NCBI GenBank assembly: GCA_951406725.2 | Contig: OX597819.1 | Span: 27,714,001 to 27,778,000, forward strand | From: Octopus vulgaris | Taxonomy: Eukaryota | Direction: 5' to 3' | DNA length: 64,000 bases | Part shown: piece after piece, positions 43,255-56,504 of the stretch | Numbering within the stretch: the first letter of the stretch is position 1 | Layout of the letters: every line of letters begins with the position of its first letter | Translations under genes and position numbers: made by a program | The notes under the pieces: model-generated | The model's input: only the letters and a program-made list of their open reading frames with translations | The model's database searches: none | Told to the model about the DNA's origin: nothing

Positions 43255-44030
43255 GAGATGAAACTGTCCCTGAGAGGTCGAGCTGAGGTGGCGACATCGC
43301 ATCCGCTATCTATTACCTATTTCTTTATTACCCACAAGGGGCTAAACATAGAAGGGACAAACAAGGACAGACATAGGTATTAAGTCGATTACATCGACCC
43401 CAGTGCGTAACTGGTACTTAATTTATCGACCCCGAAAGGATGAAAGGCAAAGTCGACCTCGGCGGGATTTGAACTCACAACGTAACGGCAGACGAAATAC
43501 CGCTAAGCATTTCGCCCGGCGCGCTACCGTTTCTGCCAGCTCACCGCCATCTATTACCGCTTGACCGTCGATCCTTAGCTCGTTCGCTTGTTGACCAAGT
43601 TTGCTGGTGCGCTTACTCTTCCGCTTTCTGTGGAAGGGGCGCGTTCCACTAGTCAGGCGCTCAATCTGCTGTCAACAGCTGCTGAATGGTGCCCTGGGCA
43701 TGCCGTGGTTGCTGATGCGCAGACATGCGCTCATGGTACGGGTATCTCCAGCGTTTCCTTGACGATGAGCAGGTTTGGTCGCCCTTTGTCAGACTCGCTT
43801 TTCCACAGCTCATCTTTTTGACTGAGCTACGAACCTGAATTGGGCGTAGACCGAGGAAGGGCACTAGACACCTTAGGTGCCGTCAAGCACTCACAGCACT
43901 CCGCCAAGCGGGCAATGTGGTCGGTGGTAGTTCCACCCTAGCGTTCTATAGAGGGCTAGTGGGGTGAAAGTGCGATGACGTTCACGGAGAAACTCTGAGC
44001 ATCGACGAGGATCAACTTGGAGGTTTGGAT
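43255..44030 (+). mobile_element. Tx1/L1-clade LINE ORF2 fragment, interrupted by a SINE
   Basis: Manual translation KLSLRGRAEVA...IYY|RLT...RLLFRFLWKGRVPLVRRSICCQQLLNGALGMPWLLMRRHAL fits the LSLxGR / FLWxG / GGLGxP post-RT motifs; GC-rich. Not shown by the ORF track. Confidence 0.8.
43318..43548 (-). mobile_element. SINE family B (Nin/Deu-like central domain), monomer
   Basis: GGCGGTGAGCTGGCAGAA..GAGTTCAAATCCC..GAGGTCGACTTTGCCTTTCATCCTTTCGGGGTCGATAAATTAAGTACC; TSD ATCTATTACC on both sides. Confidence 0.9.
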
Positions 44031-44318
44031 AATTCACCTTTGGAAACATGTGTGTTTCGTTCAACATCCTTAAACAACCCTTATTCAGGGACCTTTTGAG
44101 CGGGATGGGCTACTCGACCAGAAGAAAATTCTAACTGGGCCCCACCTGCAAGGTCATGCGCTGTTTATCTTGATATGAGATCACCACGTCGTACATATAT
44201 GGTTGTGATGCATGTGCCTGGTGTACCCTTATCAGACGGGTAGTCATGATGGGTATACTAGGCTTCGTATATTGTACCCCAATGTCACTTTGATGGTATG
44301 CACTGCTCTCTCACTCAA
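44030..44318 (-). repeat. Second copy of the same unclassified repeat
   Basis: See 63128-63418. Confidence 0.75.
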
Positions 44319-44335
44319 TAATAATAATAATAATG

Positions 44336-44402
<67 letters not shown>

Positions 44403-46276
44403 TAATAATAATAAATAATTTGCTTTTTCTTACGTACTGCGAACCCCAAGAATACATGAACCAGTGTATCCATTTCTAAAACGACAGAGTGTAATTTGAG
44501 TAAGATTTGACTCCTACTTCTAGCAGGTCCAGCGACTACGTTGAGTCTCCCTCATTATCATATTGTATCACTGTGTTTTGCAGTTTAATACAGTATTTTT
44601 CACACAATCAACCTCAAAAGGGTTGTAAAAGGATATTGTTAACCTTTAAAGGAATATCTTTAACCTTTAGGTAGGACGTCAGTCCATCACATATTGTAAT
44701 ACTAGAGAATGTGAGAGAGCCACGAGCCAATTGAGAAGCCTGTATGCGGTTATTTCAGCTGCAAGAAATAGCAGTCTAATCTCCTCCAAATCGCATTTCC
44801 ACGACATTCCGGCGTGACCATCCCTAACTCGTGAAAAGTACTTTCTTTTCCCATTGTACTAATTTACAATTAGTCGAACTGAGCCATTGAGAGCGAGAAA
44901 TATGAAATATTGAATATTTCGGTCTGTAGTCCCACAAACTATTAAATCATACAACTCGGCCACCAAGGGAGCCTGTACGTGTCGCTTGACTTGCTAAAAA
45001 CCACAGCCCTCAAATCCAAATCTACTTTCATCGTTTACATATAAAACAGAAAACATTAGATTATGAAATCTTTAGTTGTCCATAAAAATAGGGGACCGTC
45101 ACGGTTTGAGTGTTTGTTTTTGCTTGTTTTTCACTTTTTTATTCTTTTATTCTTTTACATATTTCGGTCATTTGACTGCGGCCATGTTGGAACAACGCCT
45201 TAAAAGGGTTAGTCGAACAAATTTATTCTTTGTAAGCCTAGTACTTATTCTATCGGTTTCTTTTGCCGAACCGCTAAGTTACGGGGACGTAAACCCATCA
45301 ACATCGGTTGTCAAACGATGGTGAGGGGACAAACACAGACATAATCACGCACACACATATACATATGCATATATATATATATAATAAATTAATAAATAAA
45401 TAAAACATATGCATATATACATACAGATATGTACATACCTACCTCTACATGTATATATACATGCATATATGGGTACAGGACACCAAAAAAACGTCGAACA
45501 CAATGAGAAACGAAAACATAAACACAAAACCAAGGAAATGGACATTTTTCTTAAACAACGAAAAAATAGAGTACAGGACATACAAAACAAGGAAAATTCC
45601 CCTTCTTCAGTCGCCTTGTTTCATCTACTCCACGTTTCGAAGGTCAAGGCGATACATGACTTCAATGAAAATTTCCTTCCCGCGAAAATCAAATTAAATA
45701 AAATTTGAGATTTTTTTGCGGAGGGGTAAAAATGGTAACAAAAACAGGACAGTAACGACAGTACAAAATATAAACAGTAAAAGACAGGACACGGAGAATA
45801 ACAGTAACACAAACAAGAAGGGCTGTTAAGCCAAACGAGATAAAAATTTTACGAACGCTATTTTTTGAGAACGGCAGAGAGCAACAGATTTTACCGTCTC
45901 TACTTGAAGGAGGCCAGGAGAAGAAAGACAGAAATAGCCATCTCATCACGTGACCGCGACGGGAGGGAGGAGGAGGAGGAGTAAGAGAAAGGGAGAGAAA
46001 AAAGGGAATGGTTGTAGAGAAAAGAATGAAGAATGAGAGAGAGAGGGAGAGACAGTAAGGTAGAAGAAAAGGAAAGCCAAAAGAATGAAGGCTGAGAAAG
46101 GGAGGGGGAGATTATTTATACGTTGTTTTAAAAAAATGTTATGTTTATGTTTTCGTTTCTCATTGGAGGGTTGAAGAGTGCGCCGTACATATATGTATAT
46201 ATATATATGCATATGTTTTATTTATTTATTAATTTATTATATGACGGAACGCACGCATCCATTTCTAAGTAAGATT

Positions 46277-46381
<105 letters not shown>

Positions 46382-46990
46382 GACGAACTTCTTTCAGTTT
46401 CTGTCTACCAAATCCACTCACAAGCCTTTGGTCTGCCCGAAACTATAGTAGAAGACACTTGGCCAAGGTGTCACGCAGTGGGACTGAACCCGGTTGGGAA
46501 GCAAGCTTCTTACCACACCTGCGCCTTTTTTGTTTGCTTCTTCTTTCTGTTTTGTTTTTTTATAGACCTCCTTAATCATAGTAACGTAGCTAATGTGTAC
46601 CGCCCAAGAAGCCCTTCACTTTGCCGCCCTCGCCCCTGTTCACCCCTGCACCTACAAACAGGCTTATACAGCAGAGCCAAAAGTACCGCTTCCGTAAACG
46701 CGTCGCCCAGGACGCGGTGCACCTCCCCTATCGCCGTCCACCCACCTCTAGATACGCTACTGCTCAAATGGAGGCGATCTGAACCCACACAACAATAACA
46801 ACACAAACAACAACTACCCAGTGAAGTGTAGTTTTTGATTAAGTGTCATTTGCATCCATTATATTTTTATAATTAAATATTATTAGGAATTGCATTTAAA
46901 TATAGTTCTATATTAAAGAGATGAGGAATTATGTACATTATTTACATTATTTACATTCGACGGATATTTGTCTTCATCTTGTTTGTTGTT

Positions 46991-47036
46991 AACACAACGT
47001 TTCGGCTGATATACCCTCCATCCTTCTTCAGGTGTC
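46991..47036 (-). ncRNA. Minimal type I hammerhead motif (left arm)
   Basis: Minus strand: GACAC-CUGAAGA-A-GGAUG..CAGCC-GAAAC-GUU-GUGUU; one stem II mismatch. Confidence 0.7.
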
Positions 47037-47117
47037 TTGGGGAAATTTGAACCTGGGTTCTCATTCCTGAGGTATTTTTCGATGTTATCATTATTATTAT
47101 TATTATTATTGTTAGGA

Positions 47118-47350
47118 AGGCGGCGAGCTGGCAGAAACGGTAGCACGCCGGGCGAAATGCGTAGCCGTATTTCGTCTGCTGTTACGTTCTGAGTTCAAAT
47201 TCCGCCGAGGTCGACTTTGCCTTTCATCCTTTCGGGGTCGATAAATTAAGTACCAATTACGCACTGGTGTCGATGGAATCGACTTAATCGCTTTGTCTGT
47301 CCTTGTTTGTCCCCTCTGTGTTTAGCCCCTTGTGGGTAGTAAAGAAATAT
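47118..47350 (+). mobile_element. SINE family B monomer
   Basis: Consensus match; followed by a separate tRNA-like SINE head at about 47370-47433. Confidence 0.9.
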
Positions 47351-47514
47351 ATTATTATTGTTAGTGTTCGGGCATATGGTGTAGTGGTTAAGAGCGCGGG
47401 CTACTAACCCCAAGATTCCGAGTTCGATTCCACAGTGATAATAATAATCATGATAATAATAATAACATCGAAAAATACCTTAGGAATGAGAACCCAGGTT
47501 CGAAATTTCCCCAA

Positions 47515-47560
47515 GACACCTGATGAAGGCTGGAGGGTATATCAGCCGAAACGTTGTGTT
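47515..47560 (+). ncRNA. Minimal type I hammerhead motif (right arm), intact core
   Basis: GACAC-CUGAUGA-A-GGCUG gagggu auau CAGCC-GAAAC-GUU-GUGUU. Confidence 0.8.
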
Positions 47561-48029
47561 AACAACAAACAAGATGAGGAAAAATATCCGTCAAATGTAA
47601 ATAATGTAAATAGTGCATTTAAATATGTTCAAATATTTTGCGTATCGTAGAAGTATAACCGATTCATTCTTTATCTGTTCTTTTTCTTGTTTCAGTCATT
47701 AGACTGCGACCATGCTGGGGCACCACCTTGAAGAATTTTTAGCCAAATGAATCGATCTCGTGACATTTTTAAGCACAATAATTATTCTATCGATCTACGG
47801 GAACGTAAACACACTAACACTGATTGTCAAGCGGTGGTGGGAGACAAACACAGACACAAAGACACACACATATATATGACAGGCTTCTTTCAGTTTCCGT
47901 TTACCAAATCCACTCACAAGGCCCCGAGGCTATAGTAGAAGACACTTGTCCAACGTGACACGCATGACCCCCCCAATGGTCATGTGCAGCCTGGTTGAGA
48001 ACTGCTGCTATACTCAGTCTTATTTTATT

Positions 48030-48420
48030 TTATTTTCTTACTTGTTTCGGTCATTTGACTGCGGCCATGCTGGAGCACCGCCTTTAGTCGAATCAAATCC
48101 ACCCCAGGACTTATTCTTTGTAAGCCTAGTACTTATTCTATCGGTCTCATTTACCGAACCGCAAAGTTACGGGGACCCAAACACACCCGCATCGGTTGTC
48201 AAGCGATGTTGGGGGGCACAAACACAGATACACAACATATACACACACATATATATATATATATATATACATATATACGACGGGCTTCTTTCAGTTTCCG
48301 TCTAGCAAATCCAGTCCTAAGCTTTGGTCTGCCCGAGGCTATAGTAAAAGATACTTGCCCAAGGTGCCACGCATTGGGACTGAACCCGGAACCATGTGGT
48401 AGGTAACCAAGCTACTTACC
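48030..48420 (-). mobile_element. SINE family A (a second diverged copy lies at about 47680-47965)
   Basis: Reverse-complement match. Confidence 0.88.
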
Positions 48421-48586
48421 TCTAGGGAGGAAATTAAAATACTCCGAGGAACAATCAAAGAGAGTGAAGTGAAACATATTCAACCGAAGAATGCATCGAC
48501 AAAGTCTCAGAACTGACTAACCAAAAGTTTACTGTCAAATCTTCGAGCCAGAACTAATGAATGAGCTTCTACGTAGTCCCTCAATC

Positions 48587-48976
48587 AGGAGGCGCAATGG
48601 CCCAGTGGTTAGGACAGCGGACTCGCGGTCGTAGGATCGCGGTTTCGATTCCCAGACCGGGCGTTGTGAGTGTTTATTGAGCGAAAAACACCTAAAGCTC
48701 CACGAGGCTCCGGCAGGGGATGGTGGTGATCCCTGCTGTACTCTTTCACCACAACTTTCTCTCACTCTTACTTCCTGTTTCTCTTGTACCTGTATTTCAA
48801 AGGGCCGGCCTTGTCACTCACTGTGTCATGCTGAATATCCCCGAGAACTACGTCAAGGGTGCACGTGTCTGTGGAGTGCTCAGCCACTTACACGTTAATT
48901 TCACGAGCAGGCTGTTCCGTTGATTCGGATCAACCGGAACCCTCGTCGTCGTAACCGACGGAGTGCTTCCATCACC
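48587..48976 (+). mobile_element. tRNA-derived SINE family C, copy 2
   Basis: A/B boxes; 12-bp TSD AGTCCCTCAATC at 48575 and 48977. Confidence 0.92.
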
Positions 48977-49220
48977 AGTCCCTCAATCTTCTAGAAATAG
49001 CAGGTAAATCTTCCAATGATCATCTCTAAAAAAATTTTGGAAGACTACATTAAGACAACGTAATGTAGTCCTGCATACAATGCCTGGGTATAAGGTGGGA
49101 CAGCATTTAACGCGAGAATGCGGGATCGGGAGTTATCTAGAGTTAAAACAACGGCAATAACAGCCGATAAATATAAATACAAAATCCTACAAATGAGGTA
49201 AAAATAAAATAAAATAAAAT

Positions 49221-49387
49221 GCGCAGGAGTGGCTGTGTGGTAAGTAGCTTGCTAACCAACAACATGGTTCCGGGTTCATTCCCACTGCGTGGCATCTTGG
49301 GCAAGTGTTTTCTGCTATAGCCCTGGGCTGACCAATGCCTCGTGAATGGATTTGGTAGACGGAAACTGAAAGAAGCCTGTCGTAGAT

Positions 49388-49425
<38 letters not shown>

Positions 49426-49640
49426 ATGTGTTTGTGTGTATGTGTTTGTGTGTCTGTGTTTGTCCCCCTAGCATTGCTTGACAACCGATGGTGGTGTGTT
49501 TACGTCCCCGTCACTTAGCGGTTCGGCAAAAGAGTCCGATAGAATAAGTACTGGGCTTACAAAGATTTGCTCGACTAAAGGCGGTGCTCCAGCATGGCCG
49601 CAGTCAAATGACTGAAACAAGTAAAAGAGTAAAAGAGTAA
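49221..49640 (+). mobile_element. SINE family A
   Basis: Consensus match. Confidence 0.92.
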
Positions 49641-49772
49641 GTTTACAAGTTTATTTTCTAAATGAAGCTTATCGTGTCACGGTTTCGAATTTCTCTTACC
49701 TACCTCGAAGTCATTAGTTATTTCAATTTAAACTGTTTATTTGTTCAGCAGCGGTAGAATCTAACGCATATC

Positions 49773-49873
<101 letters not shown>

Positions 49874-50055
49874 CATTACATATGTATGTAGGCATATATG
49901 TATGTACATGTATATGTGTGTGTGTTTGTACGCATATAAATATATAAATACACATGCAAACACAAACACGTATATGTATGTACGCATGTTTATAGTTATT
50001 TATCAAACTACACAATGAATTCATCTTTAAAACAAAGTGCTCGATAAACTGAGTT

Positions 50056-50162
50056 ATGAGTATGTATGTATGTATGTATGTATGTATGTATGTATGTATG
50101 TATGTATGTATGTATGTATGTATGTATTATATATGTATGTATGTATGTATGTATTATGTATG

Positions 50163-50193
<31 letters not shown>

Positions 50194-50219
50194 TTAGGTA
50201 GGTAGATAGACAGACAGAC

Positions 50220-50286
<67 letters not shown>

Positions 50287-50387
50287 CACAGACAGGCAGA
50301 CAGACAGACAGGCAGGCAGACAGACAGACAGACAGACAACAGACAGACAGACAGACAGACAGACAACAGACAGACAGACAGACAGAC

Positions 50388-50418
<31 letters not shown>

Positions 50419-50473
50419 CACAGACAGGCAGGCAGACAGGCAGACAAACAGACAGATAGACAGACAGACAGAC

Positions 50474-50528
<55 letters not shown>

Positions 50529-50543
50529 CACAGACAGGCAGGC

Positions 50544-50618
<75 letters not shown>

Positions 50619-50633
50619 CACAGACAGGCAGGC

Positions 50634-50728
<95 letters not shown>
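50056..50728. repeat. (TATG)n plus (GATA/GACA/GGCA)n compound tract
   Basis: Direct reading; a higher-order unit GATAGACACAGACAGGCA recurs four times. Confidence 0.97.
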
Positions 50729-50999
50729 CGGAATGGACAGACAGGTAAGTAGGTAGGAATACACACACACATAAACTATCACATACATATATATCCACAC
50801 ACACACAGCACACGTATATATACACACATAGCTTTATATGTGTACACACACTTACATGGGCGTTTGCGTGTGTGTCAGTGTGTGCGTGCATGCATGTGTG
50901 TGTGTGTGTGTGTGTGGTATACACTCACAGTTCGTGTCGTATTTCACACCGACTTCGTACAACACACCTATCACCAACATGATACACATACATACACAT

Positions 51000-51053
<54 letters not shown>

Positions 51054-51110
51054 GTATACATACATACACACACACGCACATACATATATATATATACGAT
51101 ACACATACAT

Positions 51111-51167
<57 letters not shown>

Positions 51168-51520
51168 TGTATACATACATACACACATACATACACACAC
51201 ACACATATATATATATACATACAAACCCCTAGTACCCGTCGGGGAGACTTCAAAATAACTTTAGATCACCCAATATCATCCACGACTTCATTGTTTCGGC
51301 CCCTGGAGGAAAAAACGGATCGGTATAAATACATACAAGTCTATTGGGCTTATATCTCAGACTTCAAACCGAACTTCTCGGTAAGTACGAAGAATAAAGA
51401 ATTGTAAAGGAATGTAAAGGGAAATTATTTCGCAATGAGATGTAGAAGATAAGGTAAATGGTGATAAGGAAGTCGAAAGATAAAGAACACGGCAGAAATA
51501 TTCAGGTAGGAACATATAAA

Positions 51521-52217
51521 GGCGGTGAGCTGGCAGAGACGTTAGCACGCCGGGCGAAATGCTTAGCGGTATTTCATCCGCCGCAACGTTCTGAGTTCAA
51601 ATTCCGCCGAGGTCGACTTTGCCTTTCATCCTTTCGGGGTCGATAAATTAAGTACCAGTTACGCACTGGGGTCGATATAATCGACTTAATCCGTCTGTCT
51701 GTCCTTGTTTGTCTCCTCTGTGTTTAGTCCCTTGTGGGTAGTAAAGAAATAGGTATTTCGTCTGCCGCTACGTTCTGAGTTCAAATTCCGCCGAGGTCGA
51801 CTTTGCCTTTCATCCTTTCGGGGTCGATAAATTAAGTACCAGTTATGCACTGGGGTCGATATAATCGACTTAATCCGTCTGTTTGTCCTTGTTTGTCTCC
51901 TCTGTGTTTAGTCCCATGTGGGTAGTAAAGAAATAGGTATTTCGTCTGCCGCTACGTTCTGAGTTCAAATTCCGCCAAGGTCGACTTAGCCTTTCATCCT
52001 TTCGGGGTTGATTAAATAAGTACCAGTTACGCACTTACGTCGATATAATCGACTTAATCCGTTCGTCTGTCCTTGTTTGTCCTCTCTGTGTTTAGGCCCT
52101 TGTGGGTAGTAAAGAAATAGGTATTTCGTCTGCCGTTACGTTCTGAGTTCAAATTCCGCCGAGGTCTGTCCTTATTTGTCCCCTTGGTGTGTAACCCCTT
52201 GTGGGAAGTAAAGAAAT
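51521..52217 (+). mobile_element. SINE family B concatemer (one head plus 184-bp unit x3 plus a partial unit)
   Basis: GGTATTTC unit starts at 51568, 51752, 51936 and 52120; flanked by CAGAAAT(A/G)TTCAGGTAGGA at 51493 and 52218. Confidence 0.9.
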
Positions 52218-52479
52218 CAGAAATGTTCAGGTAGGAAAAGAAAACCTGATGAGGCAGTGAGTTCGGAGGATAGATGATCGTCAAAATCGTTTAGGTCAAT
52301 GTTTTTTTTTAACCATTTTTTTGTTTATGAACCCATTTGAATCCTATTTAACTCTGCTGGACCTTAATAGTCATTTACTGTATAAGGAAAGAGACTTACT
52401 GTATTTTTATAATTAAATATTATTAGGAATTGTATTTTTTTTTTTAATTAAAATATTTTGTATATTGTAGAAGTGTATA

Positions 52480-52858
52480 CTTTACTCTTTTACTTGTTTC
52501 AGTCATTTGACTGCGGCCATGCTGGAGCACCGCCTTTAATCGAGCAACTCGACCCCAGGTCTTATTCTTTTGTAAGCCCAGTACTTATTCTATCGGTCTC
52601 TTTACCGAACCGCTAAGTAACGGGGACATAAACACACCAGCATCGGTTGGGAGGGGGCAAACAGACACACACACATACATATATACACATATATATATAC
52701 GACGGGCTTCTTTCAGTTTCCGTCTACCAAATCCACTCACAAGGCTTTGGTCGGCAGAGGCTATAGAAGACACTTGCCCAAGGTGCCACGCAGTGGGACT
52801 GAACCCGGAACCATGTGGTTGGTTAGCAAGCTACTTACCACACAGCCACTCCTGCGCC
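52480..52858 (-). mobile_element. SINE family A
   Basis: Reverse-complement match. Confidence 0.92.
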
Positions 52859-53347
52859 TGTGTGCGTCAGTGTCAAATTATTTTCTTTCAAAAAAATTAA
52901 AAAGCCAAATATTTTCCAAATAATCTTGCTCATGTATTAAAATGTTTTGCTTTGTGATCTCAGATCCTGGTCGAGTCATGAGACGATGAGTCTTGGATAT
53001 TTTAAAGCCAGGCGCGGCCCATCCCTTTTCCAAGTCTGACACAGCCAGGTGAGTCAATCTATTCACTCTAATGACTCTGCCAATCATGTGTGTATGTGTG
53101 TGTGTGTGTTTTACAAAAAGTATGTGTCTATTGAATTGTCAGATAAATTCGTTCGTTTTTATTTTTCCATTTATTTTTCGTTCTAATTTGATATTTTCCA
53201 ATGTTATTTGACTTCACACGTAAAATACTTTTATCGTAGTACGATAAGATTTATTTTTTTCTCTACAACTTTACTGCTTTTGAAACTTTTTCTCTTCAGA
53301 CATATGTGGAAAGACAAACGATTGAATTTGATTAACATCCCAATATA

Positions 53348-53390
<43 letters not shown>

Positions 53391-53404
53391 ATGTATGTAA
53401 CGGG

Positions 53405-53580
53405 AAGCTTTATGAAAATAAACAAAAGACGAAGGCAGGTGGAATACAAACAAACAATTGTATTAGTATGGCGCTCAGGAATATAAATAAAACAAGTCTT
53501 TTACGTTTCGAGCCTACGCTCTTCAACAGAAAGATACACAGAAAAGAAACACGGAGAGAAACAAGGAGAGAGAAAAAAAT
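53405..53580 (-). mobile_element. ~180-bp HHR-bearing repeat (copy 2)
   Basis: Same sequence as 4615-4792, including the CUGUUGA-A-GAGC..GCUC-GAAACGUA motif at about 53497-53534. Confidence 0.75.
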
Positions 53581-53624
53581 GTATGTATGTATGTATGTAT
53601 GTATGTACGCACGCATGTACATAC

Positions 53625-53980
53625 GTTTTTCTTTACTAGTTTCAGCTCGAGAGCTGCGGCCATACTGGGGCACCGCCGCTAGCTTTACTACACTTTCACT
53701 AAACCTCCTCCTGATATGTGACATCTGCTGAATGAGGGAGTTTGATGTGTCTGCCCTCATCAGTGTATTCTGCCGCGAAGTAGATTCATCCGGAACTCTT
53801 GACAGGCGGAGATCCAGTTTCGTTTTGAAGACGCCTACATCCACTTCATTGTAGGTCGCTAAAGCTTTGTGGGAGGATATTGAAGAGTTGTTGGGCCCTT
53901 GAAACCCAAGCTGCTGCAGCATCTGGTCCTGTATCCTGATGGCAATGTTGGGGTTTTTGGTACTATGCAGTGGCGCCCCG
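53625..53980 (-). mobile_element. LINE 3' fragment (same group)
   Basis: LGFQGP...VDVGVFKTKLDLRLSRVPDE; same 3' tail. Confidence 0.85.
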
Positions 53981-54594
53981 TTGTGTGTGTGTGTGTGTGT
54001 TTACTTATCTAAAAATCCAGAAATCAGAAAAAAGATGCACTCGTATATTTGTCATAATCAAATTATACAGCTCCATTACAGCCGACCTTACTAATCGGTT
54101 TCACACTGGCTACTAAAACCATAGGTTACATAGCAACACGCATAAGTAATACTGCGTGCTCTTCAGAGATGAGAGATATTAGAAAAAAATAAGGCAACTG
54201 CTCTCCATTACTGGAGATTGAAACGTCACATCCGGTTTGTGAGTGTTGTGACAAAAAAGACGAAACGAACCAAAGGGAGACGAACTGACTGTATCTCAGA
54301 GACTTTGGAGCGGTAGATAACTCTTGACAACCCTTACTCAGTTCGCCTCCCTTGACTTCGTTTCCTTTTTTTCTTCTTTTTCATGGCACTCATAAGCCGC
54401 GGCAGTGGCGGCGGCGGCGGCGGCGATGACGACGATGATGACGACTGTAAAAATAAATACAATACAGAAACAAACAAAGAAATTTCTCGAAATTCTATTT
54501 AAAACTGGCCAACAACCGATCCGAAATAGTTGCAGTGGAATTCTGTCGCAGATAAGGTTATAGATGTAGGACAAAATTTATTGACACATTATGG

Positions 54595-54972
54595 TACTCT
54601 CTTTTTACTCTTTTACTTGTTTCAGTCATTTGACTGCGGCCATACTGGAGCACCGCCCTTAATCGAGCAACTCGACCCCGGGACTTATTCTTTGTAAGCC
54701 CAGTACTTATTCTATTGGTCTCTTTTGCCGAACCGCTAAGTGACAGAGACATAAACACACCAGCATCGGTTGTCAAGCAATGCTAGGGGGACAAACACAG
54801 ACACACATACATATATACGACAGGCTTCTTTCAGTTTCCGTCTACCAAATCCACTCACAAGGCTTTGGTCGGCCCGAGGCTATAGTAGAAGACACTTGCC
54901 CAAGGTGCCACGCAGTGGGACTGAACCCGGAACCATGTGGTTCGTAAGCAAGCTACTTACCACACAGCCACT
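54595..54972 (-). mobile_element. SINE family A
   Basis: Reverse-complement match. Confidence 0.92.
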
Positions 54973-55322
54973 ACAGTAATAAAAAAACAAAATAGTTATT
55001 GTGTCTCAAGCCTTCAAAGCCCATTAGGCCAGAGCCTATCTTTGTTTCTATCACATTAACTAATGGAGATGTACAAGACTCCTTCCCCAGACAAACAGGA
55101 TACTTAATCCATCACAAGGCTAACATCCACCAGTTGCCAGCACTTGTTTACAGCTGCATGTGGACTGCAGCAACATGACATGAAGCGCCTCGTTCAAGAA
55201 CATGATGGGCCATCTGGTCCAGGAATTGAAACTGTGACCTTACAATAAATAACAATTGTGAATCCAATAGTCTAACATCTAGGCCATGCTATTCATGGTA
55301 TACAATACTATTTATGTGTGAA

Positions 55323-55483
55323 AGGCTGTGTGGTAAGTAGCTTGCTAACCAACCACATGGTTCCGGGTTCAGTCCCACTGCGTGGCATCTTGGGCAAGTG
55401 TCTTCTGCTATAGCCTTGGGCCGACCAATGCCTTGTGAGTGGATTTGGTAGACGGAAACTGAAAGAAGCCTGTCGTATATATG

Positions 55484-55516
<33 letters not shown>

Positions 55517-55735
55517 ATGTGTTTGTGTGTCTGTGTTTGTTCCCCTAGCATTGCTTGACAACTGATGCTGGTGTGTTTATGTCCCTGTCACTTAGCAGTT
55601 CAGCAAAAAGAGACCGATAGAATAAGTACTGGGCTTACAAAGAATAAGTCCCGGGGTCGATTTGCTCGACTAAAGGCGGTGCTCCAGCATGGCCGCAGTC
55701 AAATGACTGAAACAAGTAATAGAGTAATAGAGAGA
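55323..55735 (+). mobile_element. SINE family A
   Basis: Consensus match. Confidence 0.92.
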
Positions 55736-55785
55736 GTGCCGGTGACACTTAAAAGTGTTTAAAATTCTGGTCAAAACTTATCTAA

Positions 55786-55816
<31 letters not shown>

Positions 55817-56470
55817 AGGGTGTTTATGTGTTCTTGTCTTGACATCATGTTTTGGTTGTAAATGAGTGTCACTGTTAAACAAGTGGTGTCCTTAATTTCC
55901 AATCTTACGTGAAAACACATCCAGCCACAGATGGAAAGAGTGGGGAATATTACCTTATTTAGCAACAAAAGAGTACTGGAGCCAAGACGGGCATCTGACT
56001 GATGAAAATCTGCCTCAAACAATTCCGTGCCAGTAACATGTAAAAGACACCAACTACACTCCATGGAGTGATTGGCATTAGGAAGGGCATCAAGCTGTAG
56101 AAACCAGGCCAAAACAGACTTTGTGACCTGGTGCAGCTCTCTAGCTTACCGGTTCCAGTGAAACGGTCTAACTTGTTCCAGCATGGAAAACAAACACTAA
56201 ATAACAATGATGATGGTGTTGACGACGACGACAACAACAACGATGTTGACGCTGATGATGATGATGAAAATAAAACAAAAAAGGTGCAGGTATGGCTGGA
56301 TAGTTAAAAACTTTGCCTCCAACCATGCGGTTTCAGGTTCAGTCCTACTGTGTGGCACTTTGTGCAAGAGTCTTCTAATATAGACCCAAGACAACCGAGG
56401 GTTTGTGAGTGGATTTGGTAGCTGAGAACTGAAAGAAACCTATGTATATACATAGATATGTGTGTGAGTG

Positions 56471-56504
<34 letters not shown>

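Larger units (their letters stand above)
46904..47613. mobile_element. Inverted pair of ~150-bp HHR repeats (Penelope-like) with nested SINEs and a 13-bp target-site duplication
   Basis: About 46940-47088 is the reverse complement of about 47462-47612; TGCATTTAAATAT occurs at 46891-46903 and 47614-47626. Confidence 0.75.

Noticed and set aside
47370-47433. Possible tRNA gene
   Set aside because: Has A/B boxes but no paired acceptor stem; better explained as a SINE head.
52245-52296. CTGATGAG as a hammerhead core (also at about 901)
   Set aside because: No matching stem II plus GAAA downstream.
52963-53048. Plus-strand exon with a strong CAG|GTGAGT donor
   Set aside because: Stops in all three frames; at most a non-coding exon, unsupported here.
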